IMG/VR virus record: IMGVR_UViG_3300028654_000001
Coordinates: 372,001-436,000 of that record
Length of the DNA stretch: 64,000 bases
Reading direction: 5' to 3' (one strand)
Shown here: piece by piece, positions 8,122-17,278 of the stretch
Position numbering within the stretch: the first letter of the stretch is position 1
How the letters are laid out: every line of letters starts with the position of its first letter
Translations under genes and position numbers: made by a program
The notes under the pieces: generated by a model
What the model was told of the DNA's origin: nothing
What the model saw: only the letters and a program-made list of their open reading frames with translations
Database searches by the model: none

Positions 8122-8721
8122 CTACCTTTTGAAGAATGAGGTCTTTACTCCGGTAGATGGATTAACCGAAACCTTTGAAACCACATCGTAAGTAAAGGAC
8201 ACTGCCTGATCGTAAGCCCGGTAGGTAATAATAAGTCTCCATAAACCAAGAACACTAGGGAAGAATCGGATGTTGTAGAAGCCATCCGCTATCTCAGTCC
8301 AGTAGATCTTACCAGCAACGATCCTAATATCGTTAATCCCTACTCCGGACACCAAAGGCCAAGTAACCTCATCACTGTTGCAAAACACCTTGAGTTGAAG
8401 GTCTAATACAGGTACTTCAACTACTCTTGTTCTCCCGTCAGCCAAAAACAGGTCGACGTTATCGAGAACCATCTTGCCAGCGGTAACTATTCGAGTTGGC
8501 GCTTGATATCGAATCGGAGCCTCGTAACCACCTAACTCAACCGTAGCTGCAGCAGATAGTGTTGAGGACCCTGTTAGGTGTGCCGAAAAGTTGTAGACAA
8601 GCCTTGCCCCTAATGATGAACCACCATTCAAGTGGGCACGAGCCGAACGACTGACCCCCATAACCTGAGTCATCGAGGAACCACCCGACAGATTAGCTGC
8701 AATATCAACAGGATTGGACAC
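8122..8721 (-). CDS. Hypothetical virion protein
   Basis: 199-aa ORF; N-terminal repeated AxLxGxS motif; C-domain paralogous to 7673-8071. Confidence 0.7.
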   Translation of the reverse strand: MSNPVDIAANLSGGSSMTQVMGVSRSARAHLNGGSSLGARLVYNFSAHLTGSSTLSAAATVELGGYEAPIRYQAPTRIVTAGKMVLDNVDLFLADGRTRVVEVPVLDLQLKVFCNSDEVTWPLVSGVGINDIRIVAGKIYWTEIADGFYNIRFFPSVLGLWRLIITYRAYDQAVSFTYDVVSKVSVNPSTGVKTSFFKR

Positions 8722-8770
8722 TTTACCTGACCCCCATTTCGGGTTACGAGTTCGAACAAGTAACTCAGGA

Positions 8771-9190
8771 TCAGACTTCGGCCATCACCAGCGCACCCAT
8801 TGCAAACGAAACCTGGTCACCAGCGTTAATAACTTTGGGGGTAACAAGGGGTCCTTGATAAAGCATGTTACCAGCCGCCACGAGGTCACAGATCCCAACC
8901 CAACCAATGGCTGTTGACCCATAACCTGCTGTAGAGACTTCCCAGGTGATCGCTATTGAGTTAGCTACTGAGTTCCCAACTCCGATAGTTGCCCAAGTGA
9001 TTGGTTGACGAACATAATCCGTAACCCCAGCTCCTGTAGGGACCTCACCAAGAAATGACCCTGATACAGTCGGGTCTGAAGTTAACAGAGCGGCAAAGAC
9101 TGTAGTTGGCCAAGAATAAGCAAGCTCAGAGTTGTGCTTGAGAGCTTGGTCTAAAACCCTGCCAGCAAGGAATGTAGTTTTTGCGGCCAT
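8771..9190 (-). CDS. Small phage tail-fibre/virion structural protein
   Basis: Y.RQ.ITW..VANS.AITW..GWVGICD..GNMLY.GPL..PK.INAGD..SF..GAL pattern is typical of a widespread small tail/virion protein family. Confidence 0.65.
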   Translation of the reverse strand: MAAKTTFLAGRVLDQALKHNSELAYSWPTTVFAALLTSDPTVSGSFLGEVPTGAGVTDYVRQPITWATIGVGNSVANSIAITWEVSTAGYGSTAIGWVGICDLVAAGNMLYQGPLVTPKVINAGDQVSFAMGALVMAEV

Positions 9191-9276
9191 CGTGGTGTCT
9201 CCTGTCCCTTCTTCGAGGTGGTCTTCAGTACTGACCCATCAAACCCCACCCCATCAATGGATTGTTAGAGTAGTGG

Positions 9277-9561
9277 TTAGGCTGCCTGAGACACCCCAGG
9301 GATCACTGGTTTGATGAACTTAGCCATCACAAACACCGGACGATCCTTCTTCCGAGAGTTGCAATACTTGCAACAGGAGATCACATTGTCCTGCGTATTA
9401 GAACCACCTAGCTTAATGGAAACCAGATGATCAAATGTCTCTTTCTGATTAGAGGCATACTGAGCTGTAGTCAGAGGCTTTCGACAAGCATTACACACAG
9501 GATAGAGACCATCAGGGCGACTGCTATCCTTGTGAAGGTCAGTTGTTTGGTTTTTGGCCAC
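9277..9561 (-). pseudogene. Internally deleted HNH endonuclease (mini-HNH)
   Basis: HKDSSRPDGLYPVCNAC joined almost directly to TFDHLVSIKLGGSNTQDNVISCCKYCNSRK; the first CxxC of the HNH core is missing. Confidence 0.6.
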
Positions 9562-9603
9562 ATTTGATGCAAGTCCTCAGGGCTGTCATACGAAAGCCCC
9601 TAA

Positions 9604-9858
9604 TTATCCTTGCATATGGCACACGCTCTTGAGACTTTTTATATTATTTGCGTAGGGCTGAGCTGGAACCTTTGAGGTGTTATTGAACCACCCGGCCTTC
9701 AGCTCATCTACGTTGGCAATGGAGGTATCGAAGACAAAGAAGACTCGGTTGTTGTCCCTGTCAGTCCGGAGCATCTCCACGCCCGCCGTCTGAAGATATG
9801 CCGCGAAGTACAGGTCAGGAGTTCGAAACTCCTTCGTGCCGTTTACCTTGGTTGTCAT
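9604..9858 (-). CDS. DUF5659-like small protein
   Basis: FRTPDLYFAAYL..G..RTDR..RVFFVF pattern; SD GAGGA. Confidence 0.65.
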   Translation of the reverse strand: MTTKVNGTKEFRTPDLYFAAYLQTAGVEMLRTDRDNNRVFFVFDTSIANVDELKAGWFNNTSKVPAQPYANNIKSLKSVCHMQG

Positions 9859-9971
9859 TCAGTCCTCATCTAATCTGGGTATAATTTCAGTTGTAAAGTG
9901 TGTGATCTGGGTTTGGTTCTACATCTAAGCGGCCCCCCTAGAGTAAGGGGGCCGAGAGGTAATAAATTGAA

Positions 9972-10796
9972 TCAGAGAGCAAAAGATGGGGACAATAAGT
10001 CATTGACCCTAACTCTGGCTGCCGTCTTCCCGGTAGCAATGGCCCCATGCGTATTTGAAGTTGTTGGACCCAGAACTACGGGAGCTGGGATTACAATCTG
10101 AGTGTCGGTAATGGTTCCACCACCGGCAAGAATCTGCTCCTGAGTAATTCTTTTTGCCCCTTGTCCACTGAGGATTACGGTTGTCTCATACAACCCGTAA
10201 CCTAAGAGACCCCCACTAGCCCCATTCAGAGTAAGAGCACCGCCGATTATGGAACTGCTTGTGATGATAGGAGTCTTCACCGTGAACTGAGTTGACCCGT
10301 CATCATCCAAGCACACGATGGCTTGACCACTTGTGATGGCTGGGAACCTACGGGGATCCGGATTGAACCCACCATTGACCGGGTTGGTCGCTGTATAAGG
10401 TGATAGGTAACCATGGATGTTACCATTGAGGAAGCTCTTCTTGACGACATCAGTCTCCACGAAGTGGTAGGCCAAGAGAGCTTGGAGTGCTGTCACCTGG
10501 GCACTTGAGGTACCGCCACCGGTTACCGTCTTAATCTGGGTAGCCGAGATGTTGTAGTTGCTCAGAGTGATAGCACCACCTGTATAGACAGGAACCGTAG
10601 CTGCAATCAAAGCAGCAGCGGATCCGCTGAGGCCTTGAGCAGTAATATATGTCTGAATCGCAGCCGAATTAGGAGGAGAGAGATACCTATCCTGTCCTTT
10701 CGGGGACTCAGTTGATGCATTGGCAATGGACTTAGGCTCCACGTCCGCAATGAAGATGGCTTTTTCGAGATCCCGACGAATGACTGCGATGAACAT
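9972..10796 (-). CDS. Thr/Gly/Ser-rich virion structural protein
   Basis: Likely start is ATG at 10796 after AGGAGG; C-terminal ITQEQILAGGGTITDTQIVIP module is shared with 11189-12124. Confidence 0.7.
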   Translation of the reverse strand: MFIAVIRRDLEKAIFIADVEPKSIANASTESPKGQDRYLSPPNSAAIQTYITAQGLSGSAAALIAATVPVYTGGAITLSNYNISATQIKTVTGGGTSSAQVTALQALLAYHFVETDVVKKSFLNGNIHGYLSPYTATNPVNGGFNPDPRRFPAITSGQAIVCLDDDGSTQFTVKTPIITSSSIIGGALTLNGASGGLLGYGLYETTVILSGQGAKRITQEQILAGGGTITDTQIVIPAPVVLGPTTSNTHGAIATGKTAARVRVNDLLSPSFAL

Positions 10797-10815
10797 AAAA
10801 GTGTCCTCCTGAGAA

Positions 10816-11202
10816 CTATGCGGACTGTAACTTGCCTCTTGCTTGATCAATTCTCAAAAACCGAAGAATCTGACCATAATGTGTGTAAAAATCGGATACA
10901 GCCTGTCCGAAAACCAGTTGATTGGACAGGCGAACAAACTTTGCACGCCTAAGGATCAGCTCTAACCGGCGCAATTGCTTTTGATAGATACTAGCTCGTT
11001 CGAGCTTTTTGAGCTCTCCCTCGTTAGCCTTCATAGTCTCAAAGCGCCGGTTCATGTCTCTTAGTAGCTCTTGAGTTTGAATCTGAAAGAAGAGGTTCTT
11101 AGGTCTCCAAACATTATCCAACTTCTGGAAAGCATCAACTTCCCTATCTAGAACTTGGATTAAGTTTGGTTGACCCTCCACCTTAGGCTCACGATACGTC
11201 AA
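10816..11202 (-). CDS. Hypothetical helical protein
   Basis: 128-aa ORF filling the gap between two structural genes; start uncertain. Confidence 0.55.
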   Translation of the reverse strand: MTYREPKVEGQPNLIQVLDREVDAFQKLDNVWRPKNLFFQIQTQELLRDMNRRFETMKANEGELKKLERASIYQKQLRRLELILRRAKFVRLSNQLVFGQAVSDFYTHYGQILRFLRIDQARGKLQSA

Positions 11203-12124
11203 CTACTGGGGTAGACGTCAGAGTGTTAGCTGTGACTGCCACATGGGAGTTGGTTGTTACCACACCAGGGATCAAGGAAGCCTTGACCACAATCAAAGTG
11301 TCTGTTATGGACCCACCAGCTACACCAAGGATCTGAGCTTGGGTAAGGGTGACTGCACCAGTTCCAGTGATGATTACCGAAGTGGTATCTGGAGCTAGCG
11401 AGCGGAGACCAGTGCCAGCAATGTGCAGGTCAGTAGAGAGAGTGGCTGCCGAGACGGTGGGGGTAGTATTTGCAGCGGTGATCGCATGAGAGACCGTCTG
11501 GTTGTCAGCCGTCAATGAAACAGTGCTTGTGCCAGCTACGATACCAGCAGGAAGAAGAGCTTCCGGAATCACAACCGAAGTTGTTGGATGAGCTCCCACC
11601 GAACCACCGTGAGCCGCGATATAGGCAAACGTGTAAGTCACTGTGGTTGACCCAACAATATTAACCGTGCTGATGTCAGGAGACAAGGAGTCTAGGTTGG
11701 TCCCAGTGATCGTCAGATGATAAGTACTCCCAGAATCAACCACCGCTGAGGTGATCGCAGGGGCAGTGACATCAGCCGGAGTGAACGAGGTCACCGTAAT
11801 GAGGGGGGACGGGGCCTTATGGGACAACCCGTAGATGGTGCCTCGGTCTTGACTGATAAGAACCCTGTCCGATTCTGCAACGTCAATGTACCCTGGGATG
11901 CTATTGCCACTCCCGATTTTCCAGAATGGGATGTAACACTTCTGCTTCAGGTTATTCACGTCTGAGGCCACGCTTTTATCGGAACCCCCGAGTGAATTAC
12001 CATCTCTTTGGTACTTGTTTTTGTCACCAACTCCACGTTTCGCTGTCTTGTTCGGGAGTCCGTCATCAATATCATTGATAAGGATGCCACCTGTAGAAAC
12101 TTGTGTATGAGCTAACCTTAGCAT
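11189..12124 (-). CDS. Virion structural protein with two Ig/TIG-like Thr-rich repeats
   Basis: LTITGTNLDSLSPDISTVNI and LHIAGTGLRSLAPDTTSVII repeats; SD AGGAG. Confidence 0.75.
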   Translation of the reverse strand: MLRLAHTQVSTGGILINDIDDGLPNKTAKRGVGDKNKYQRDGNSLGGSDKSVASDVNNLKQKCYIPFWKIGSGNSIPGYIDVAESDRVLISQDRGTIYGLSHKAPSPLITVTSFTPADVTAPAITSAVVDSGSTYHLTITGTNLDSLSPDISTVNIVGSTTVTYTFAYIAAHGGSVGAHPTTSVVIPEALLPAGIVAGTSTVSLTADNQTVSHAITAANTTPTVSAATLSTDLHIAGTGLRSLAPDTTSVIITGTGAVTLTQAQILGVAGGSITDTLIVVKASLIPGVVTTNSHVAVTANTLTSTPVVDVS

Positions 12125-12164
12125 CTTGAGACTCCTAATAGTGTCTTGGGTATTCGACCAGACT

Positions 12165-12185
12165 CCGGTGAACAGGGTTCACTGG
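12165..12185 (-). promoter_or_regulatory. Leader hairpin (9-bp stem, CCT triloop) upstream of structural gene
   Basis: CCAGTGAAC-CCT-GTTCACCGG on the minus strand, just downstream of a GATCTTCTTATAC motif. Confidence 0.4.
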
Positions 12186-12455
12186 AACAAGGGGTATAAG
12201 AAGATCAACCGGGGATACTCATCCTAGACCCCGTGGACCCCCCACAGGGCCACGCATCTAATATCAATTAAACCAAAAGTGGTGGTTTGAGAGGCTGTTG
12301 TGTTAGTGACCCTGAGAGGTGTTGTTGCTCTTCACCCAAGGATTGCTAGTTAGTTGATATGACTATTACCAATGTTAGACGGGGACACTGAATTTATAAG
12401 TACTTCTACGAATAGAGGTGTAATTAGAAACGGGCACAAGTACTAGGCTAAGAAT

Positions 12456-15400
12456 ATGACTATCGCTGGTATCAAAGTTCTCATAGTTGGAAAACAATTC
12501 GAACTCCCATATGACGTTGTTAATCTAGAGGGTACAGCACACCTACTCGAAACAATTGCCACTTTTAGGCCGGACGTTATAGTCACCTCAGACTACATAC
12601 CTGGATCTCTTACTATGGCTTGTTACGATCTCAGGAAGAGGTGGATCCATATACCCCCTGATGTATCAAATAAAGAACTTTGCGCAAATATTGAGAGTTG
12701 CTACTCTTTCAACATTTGGACAGAGCAGGAGTTTTCAAAAGACCACCCTATGGTCTCGGTCTACACCCCAACCCATGACACTGGAGATTACCTGCAAGAT
12801 ACCTTTCAGTCACTAAGAAGTCAGACCTATGTGAACTGGGAATGGATCGTTGTAGACGACCAATCCTCTGACAAGACCTGGGCTAGACTTCAAGAATTTG
12901 CAGCTCAGGATTACCGGATTAGACCTTTTCAAAGTGGAATACACCTAGGAAAGATCGGAGCTCTCAAAGATCTGACAACCAGACTGTGCAGGGGGAAGTA
13001 CTTAGTTGAGTTAGATCATGACGACATGCTTACGGAAACCGCTCTTGAAGAGGTGAAAAACACCTTCGAGGCCAACCCAGATGTTGGCATGGTCTACACA
13101 AATAGCGCATCATTCTATGAGAACGGGTCCCCTCAACGCTTTAATGGATCCCCTTGGGATGCTCCTGATAGGTATCGTGAAGTCGAGTACCACGGACGAA
13201 AGTATTTAGAGTGCAGCAATCCAAATATTTATGACCGCTTTGGACCTCACTTCACTCAAGTGTTCGGCTGGTTCCTCACGGTAGGCCCTCATCACATCAG
13301 AGCCTTTCGTGCAGAGACCTTTCGTCAACTAGGAGGCTACAACCCAGAGCTCCCCATCGCCGATGATTGGGACCTGTATGCTAGGTTCTTCCTGGAATCC
13401 AAGTGCTTTCACTTGGATAAGCTCCTGTACTTGTACCGATATCGAGACGGATTTGGAAATGTAACGTTCCAACGTCTCCAGTCTATCCAGGATCATTTAG
13501 CCCTAGGCCGAAACCACTATATGGATAAGTTCAAGAATAAGAACGATGAGTTACTAGCTAATCACCCACCCATGGTTCCTAATCCTATCTCAACAAGTGT
13601 TGGAGAGAAGAGCACGTCTGCTGATCTATCCTTCGTTGTCCTTGATGCCACGGGAAGCCAGAATGCCATTGATTGCTTGAAAAGCTTGAGATATTATGCC
13701 CCTGATGCGGAGATCATACTTGTTGAGAACGGTTGTAGGTCAAAAGCTAGCAATGAGGCCAACATAGTTCTTGAGAGTTCTCACAATCTGGGTTTTGGCG
13801 GGGGGTGCAACCTAGGAGCCTGTGCGGCCAATCGTCCGTATCTGTGCTTCATTAATGATGACGCGGTACTCGTGGACACAGTGACCGTCCCGAAGCTTCT
13901 AGACGCTGCCAAGAAAAACTCCATAGCTGGGAGCTACTCGGACAGAGCAAAGCCCCCCCAAGGTGACTGGTCCCATGACTCAGTCCCAAAGGATGACAAG
14001 GCCCTGCCCATGGTAGCCGGGCTCTGCATGGTATTGTCCAAGAGCCTGTTTGACTCCCTAGGTGGTTTTGACCCAAGGTTCATGACGTGGGAAGACGACG
14101 ACTTTTGTGTTAGGGCTGGACGCCTTGGGGTGACCAGCGTGGCTGTAGGAGGGGCCTTCGTACACCACAAGGGCCACCGGACCTTCGAAACTATGAAGTT
14201 GGACCATGTAGCAGTCGAAGCTGAGAACCAGAGACTCTTCAGAGTGAAACACCAGAAGATCAAGGTCATCGCCATTGCCAAGAATGAGGAAAATTGCATT
14301 GTCGAGTTCTTCAAGCAGTTCGAGTCAATCACGAGTAGTTGGTACATGCTTGACACGGGGTCGACGGATAGGACTGTTGAATTAGCCAAGTCTATTGGAG
14401 TAGAGGTAGTCAAAGGTCCATTCACAGACTTTGCAACTACTCGTAACCAAGCTTTGAAGCTATTTGACTCAGAAAATAGCTGGGTCATCATGCTCGACCC
14501 CGACGAACGTTTGGACAAGCGCACCATTGAAGCTATCCCCGAGCTGATCTTCAACAGGCGTATCGTCTCACAGAGCGTATTTGATACCTATCTTGCTCCT
14601 TTGACTGCTGTCTATCCGGATGGGAATAGGAAAGAGTTCGTGGCCAAGCCCTTCCTGTTCAAGAACAACCCTACTTCTAGATGGGTCTTCAAAGTTCATG
14701 AGAAGTGGATCACTAAGGATCATTGCTCGAACTATGGTCAGTGCGCGATAGTCACCAATGCACTCATCGAGCATAGGATTGAGTTTCACACGGGCAAGCA
14801 TCGTGATGGAGCTGAAGGATTGTACTCCAGGTTGATGTCAGAAGAGCCCTACTTTCAAGACTTGGACTACAAGACCCGGATGCGCGAGGAGTTCCCAATA
14901 CTTGACTATGACCGCACTGAGGATCCACGAATAACCAAGATACAAGCAGGGCCCTTAGTCAGCGTAGTGATCCCTACTTACAAGCGAACAGACCTCTTGA
15001 GGAAAGCAGTACTATCCGCTCTGACTCAATCCTACAAGACTCTGGAAGTCATCATTGTTGGAGATCACTGTCCAGAACTGGATTCAGCTGCATTCGGAGA
15101 ATGGCCCTACTCAGAAGAACCTCGAGTTAGAGTTGTCAACTTGGCAAAGAATTACGGAGCTGGTGGTGCAGAGCCTAGAAACGTAGCAATCAATCTAGCC
15201 GCTGGGCCCTACATCGCCTATTTGGACGATGACAACACCTGGGCAAAGGACCACGTGAGCAACTTACTGACTACCATCTTGGCTGAGAACAGTATCTGGG
15301 GTTGGTCGTCGATGATGGTGAACGGGATTGATATGGTGTTTGACCGATTAGAGAAAGGCAAGATCGATACCTCGTGTGTCATTCACCACAAGAGTCTCAT

Positions 15401-16217
15401 ACTAAAACACGGTGGGTGGAAGCCCCGAACCGAAGCGAACTACTGGCATGACTACGAGCTGTTCTCACGTTGGAGAGAGGAGCCTCAAACGGTAACCAGG
15501 TACCCGTCAGTTAACTATAATGCTAGTGCTTCGGGCCAAGGAGCTTTTCTGGCTAGTCTGACCTCTTCAGATCGAGTCACCGACATCCCATTTGAACCCC
15601 TAACTTCCATACCATCAGAACCAAACCTCTTGACCATTGGTATTCTCAGTTTGGAGTTCCGAGCTGAAATGCTAAATAAGTTGCTACAAGAGCTAGAGAG
15701 TCAAAGAAGTGCCCTCCCCTTTCCTGACTCAGTAAGAATCGTAAAAGTGGATACTAGAGAGGCCACTGTTGGTGAAAAACGACAGAAGATCATAAATGAA
15801 TGCAGTACTGAGTATCTATGCTTCGTAGATGACAATGACATGATTGAGCACAATTACCTAAGCTCAATCCTACGAGCTCTCAAAGACAATCCAGACTGTG
15901 TAACCTTCAAAGGCATAATCACCACGGACAGTAAGAACCCAGAGCTATTCCGCTTATCCTTGCATTACTCAATAGGGGCTTGGTCCAAAGATGTTCAGGG
16001 AACTCACATGCGAACCCCCAATCATCTATGTCCAATGAAGGTTAAGTTAATGAGGAGAGTGGCTTATCAGGACATCACTTCATATGAGGATGCTCTCTGG
16101 GGTATGTGGATCTACCCACTATTACACAGCCAGTGTCACATTGACGAAGTTCTTTACCACTACCAGTACAGCCCAACTGGGTCTGAAGCAGCTAAGAAAG
16201 CACCAAAGCTCATGTGA
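12456..16217 (+). CDS. Multidomain glycosyltransferase with five tandem GT2 (GT-A fold) domains
   Basis: Domain starts VSVYTPTHD, LSFVVLD, IKVIAIAKNEE, VSVVIPTYKR and LTIGILSL; acidic DxD-type motifs LDHDD, INDDA, LDPDE, LDDDN and VDDND. Confidence 0.9.
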   Translation: MTIAGIKVLIVGKQFELPYDVVNLEGTAHLLETIATFRPDVIVTSDYIPGSLTMACYDLRKRWIHIPPDVSNKELCANIESCYSFNIWTEQEFSKDHPMVSVYTPTHDTGDYLQDTFQSLRSQTYVNWEWIVVDDQSSDKTWARLQEFAAQDYRIRPFQSGIHLGKIGALKDLTTRLCRGKYLVELDHDDMLTETALEEVKNTFEANPDVGMVYTNSASFYENGSPQRFNGSPWDAPDRYREVEYHGRKYLECSNPNIYDRFGPHFTQVFGWFLTVGPHHIRAFRAETFRQLGGYNPELPIADDWDLYARFFLESKCFHLDKLLYLYRYRDGFGNVTFQRLQSIQDHLALGRNHYMDKFKNKNDELLANHPPMVPNPISTSVGEKSTSADLSFVVLDATGSQNAIDCLKSLRYYAPDAEIILVENGCRSKASNEANIVLESSHNLGFGGGCNLGACAANRPYLCFINDDAVLVDTVTVPKLLDAAKKNSIAGSYSDRAKPPQGDWSHDSVPKDDKALPMVAGLCMVLSKSLFDSLGGFDPRFMTWEDDDFCVRAGRLGVTSVAVGGAFVHHKGHRTFETMKLDHVAVEAENQRLFRVKHQKIKVIAIAKNEENCIVEFFKQFESITSSWYMLDTGSTDRTVELAKSIGVEVVKGPFTDFATTRNQALKLFDSENSWVIMLDPDERLDKRTIEAIPELIFNRRIVSQSVFDTYLAPLTAVYPDGNRKEFVAKPFLFKNNPTSRWVFKVHEKWITKDHCSNYGQCAIVTNALIEHRIEFHTGKHRDGAEGLYSRLMSEEPYFQDLDYKTRMREEFPILDYDRTEDPRITKIQAGPLVSVVIPTYKRTDLLRKAVLSALTQSYKTLEVIIVGDHCPELDSAAFGEWPYSEEPRVRVVNLAKNYGAGGAEPRNVAINLAAGPYIAYLDDDNTWAKDHVSNLLTTILAENSIWGWSSMMVNGIDMVFDRLEKGKIDTSCVIHHKSLILKHGGWKPRTEANYWHDYELFSRWREEPQTVTRYPSVNYNASASGQGAFLASLTSSDRVTDIPFEPLTSIPSEPNLLTIGILSLEFRAEMLNKLLQELESQRSALPFPDSVRIVKVDTREATVGEKRQKIINECSTEYLCFVDDNDMIEHNYLSSILRALKDNPDCVTFKGIITTDSKNPELFRLSLHYSIGAWSKDVQGTHMRTPNHLCPMKVKLMRRVAYQDITSYEDALWGMWIYPLLHSQCHIDEVLYHYQYSPTGSEAAKKAPKLM

Positions 16218-16337
16218 GAACCAACGGAGGCACCTTCAGGTAATGAACACGTAATGTTTTTGGCTCAACATGACCCGAAAACAGCAATCGAGTGTATCTA
16301 TATGAGTACACTCGATTGCTGTAAAACCATTTCACTT

Positions 16338-16991
16338 TTATCGCCAACGACCACCAGCACATGCAAAGGCGAACGCATAAGCGGAAGCCCATGCACATGC
16401 ATCAGCCTCAGCCCAAACGCAAATGGGATTAGCATTACCAATCACACATTGATTGCCATTTATAATAGCAATGATTCCTGGAACACACGCTTGTACTTTT
16501 ACCGACGCACATGCCTGGAAAGAAGCCCAAGCCGCAGCTTCCACGCAAAATGCACCCCAACCACCAGGAAAGATTACACCACCAGCTCCGCACACTACAC
16601 CACCGGCTCCAGCTGCACAAGCAGCAAGACCTGCTTGGAAGCCCGCCTGAGCACCTTGTACAGCGGCTTGTGGTGGAACATCAGGACAGTTGGGCCAACA
16701 CCCCAACGGACACCCAAGGCCAGCATTAGCCCAGGGTACGTTTGGATCTTGTTGTCCGCATGCTTCGGTGCAAACCCCGCTAGTACCTCCTATATCTGAA
16801 GTTCCTCCTGTATTTGAAGTTCCTCCTGTATTTGAAGTACCTCCTGCAGTACTTAGGTTACTTCTGGTACCACCAGAAGCTATACTGTTGCCACCAGAAC
16901 CCTGCATTGATGCCTGAGCTGTAGCTACAAGTTCTAAAGGGCTGGTGTTTGAGCATGCACACGACAACAAGAGTAGACTAAAGTATTTCAT
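16338..16991 (-). CDS. Cys/Ala/Gly-rich putative lipoprotein
   Basis: MKYFSLLLLSCAC signal/lipobox-like start, GGTSNT repeats, many Cys in a hydrophobic C-terminal half. Confidence 0.7.
   Translation of the reverse strand: MKYFSLLLLSCACSNTSPLELVATAQASMQGSGGNSIASGGTRSNLSTAGGTSNTGGTSNTGGTSDIGGTSGVCTEACGQQDPNVPWANAGLGCPLGCWPNCPDVPPQAAVQGAQAGFQAGLAACAAGAGGVVCGAGGVIFPGGWGAFCVEAAAWASFQACASVKVQACVPGIIAIINGNQCVIGNANPICVWAEADACAWASAYAFAFACAGGRWR
16784..16850 (-). repeat. 18-bp tandem repeat encoding GGTS(N/D)(T/I)
   Basis: gaagttcctcctgtattt repeated, with degenerate flanking copies. Confidence 0.7.
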
Positions 16992-16993
16992 AA

Positions 16994-17278
16994 TTAACCC
17001 ACCTTTTCTTTACGTTCGACCACACTTGTAGATATAACTAACACACTAAGTAACCCTAATACTAGGCACAAGTAGGCCAAGTAAGATGTACCTTCGACAA
17101 CATTACCTACTCGTCTTCTGACAATCGAGGGTGTACCCCCGAGCGAAGGTGTGGTACCCCCGACCCCGAATGTACCCCCGACCCCGGCTGCACCTGCATC
17201 CATAACTGTGGTTAACGAGAGGAAACCGAAAACCAAGAGCAGTACAAGTATGGCTAGTTTAAATCGTTTCATTATCAA
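16994..17278 (-). CDS. Small membrane protein (two hydrophobic segments, GGT-rich loop)
   Basis: LAILVLLLVFGFLSL and YLAYLCLVLGLLSVLVI segments. Confidence 0.6.
   Translation of the reverse strand: MIMKRFKLAILVLLLVFGFLSLTTVMDAGAAGVGGTFGVGGTTPSLGGTPSIVRRRVGNVVEGTSYLAYLCLVLGLLSVLVISTSVVERKEKVG

Noticed and set aside
12125-12455. Longest intergenic region as a tRNA or ncRNA
   Set aside because: No cloverleaf, T-loop or CCA end could be built; only short hairpins and probable divergent promoters.
13852-14801. Minus-strand ORFs inside the glycosyltransferase
   Set aside because: Antisense to a long motif-rich gene; no recognisable features.
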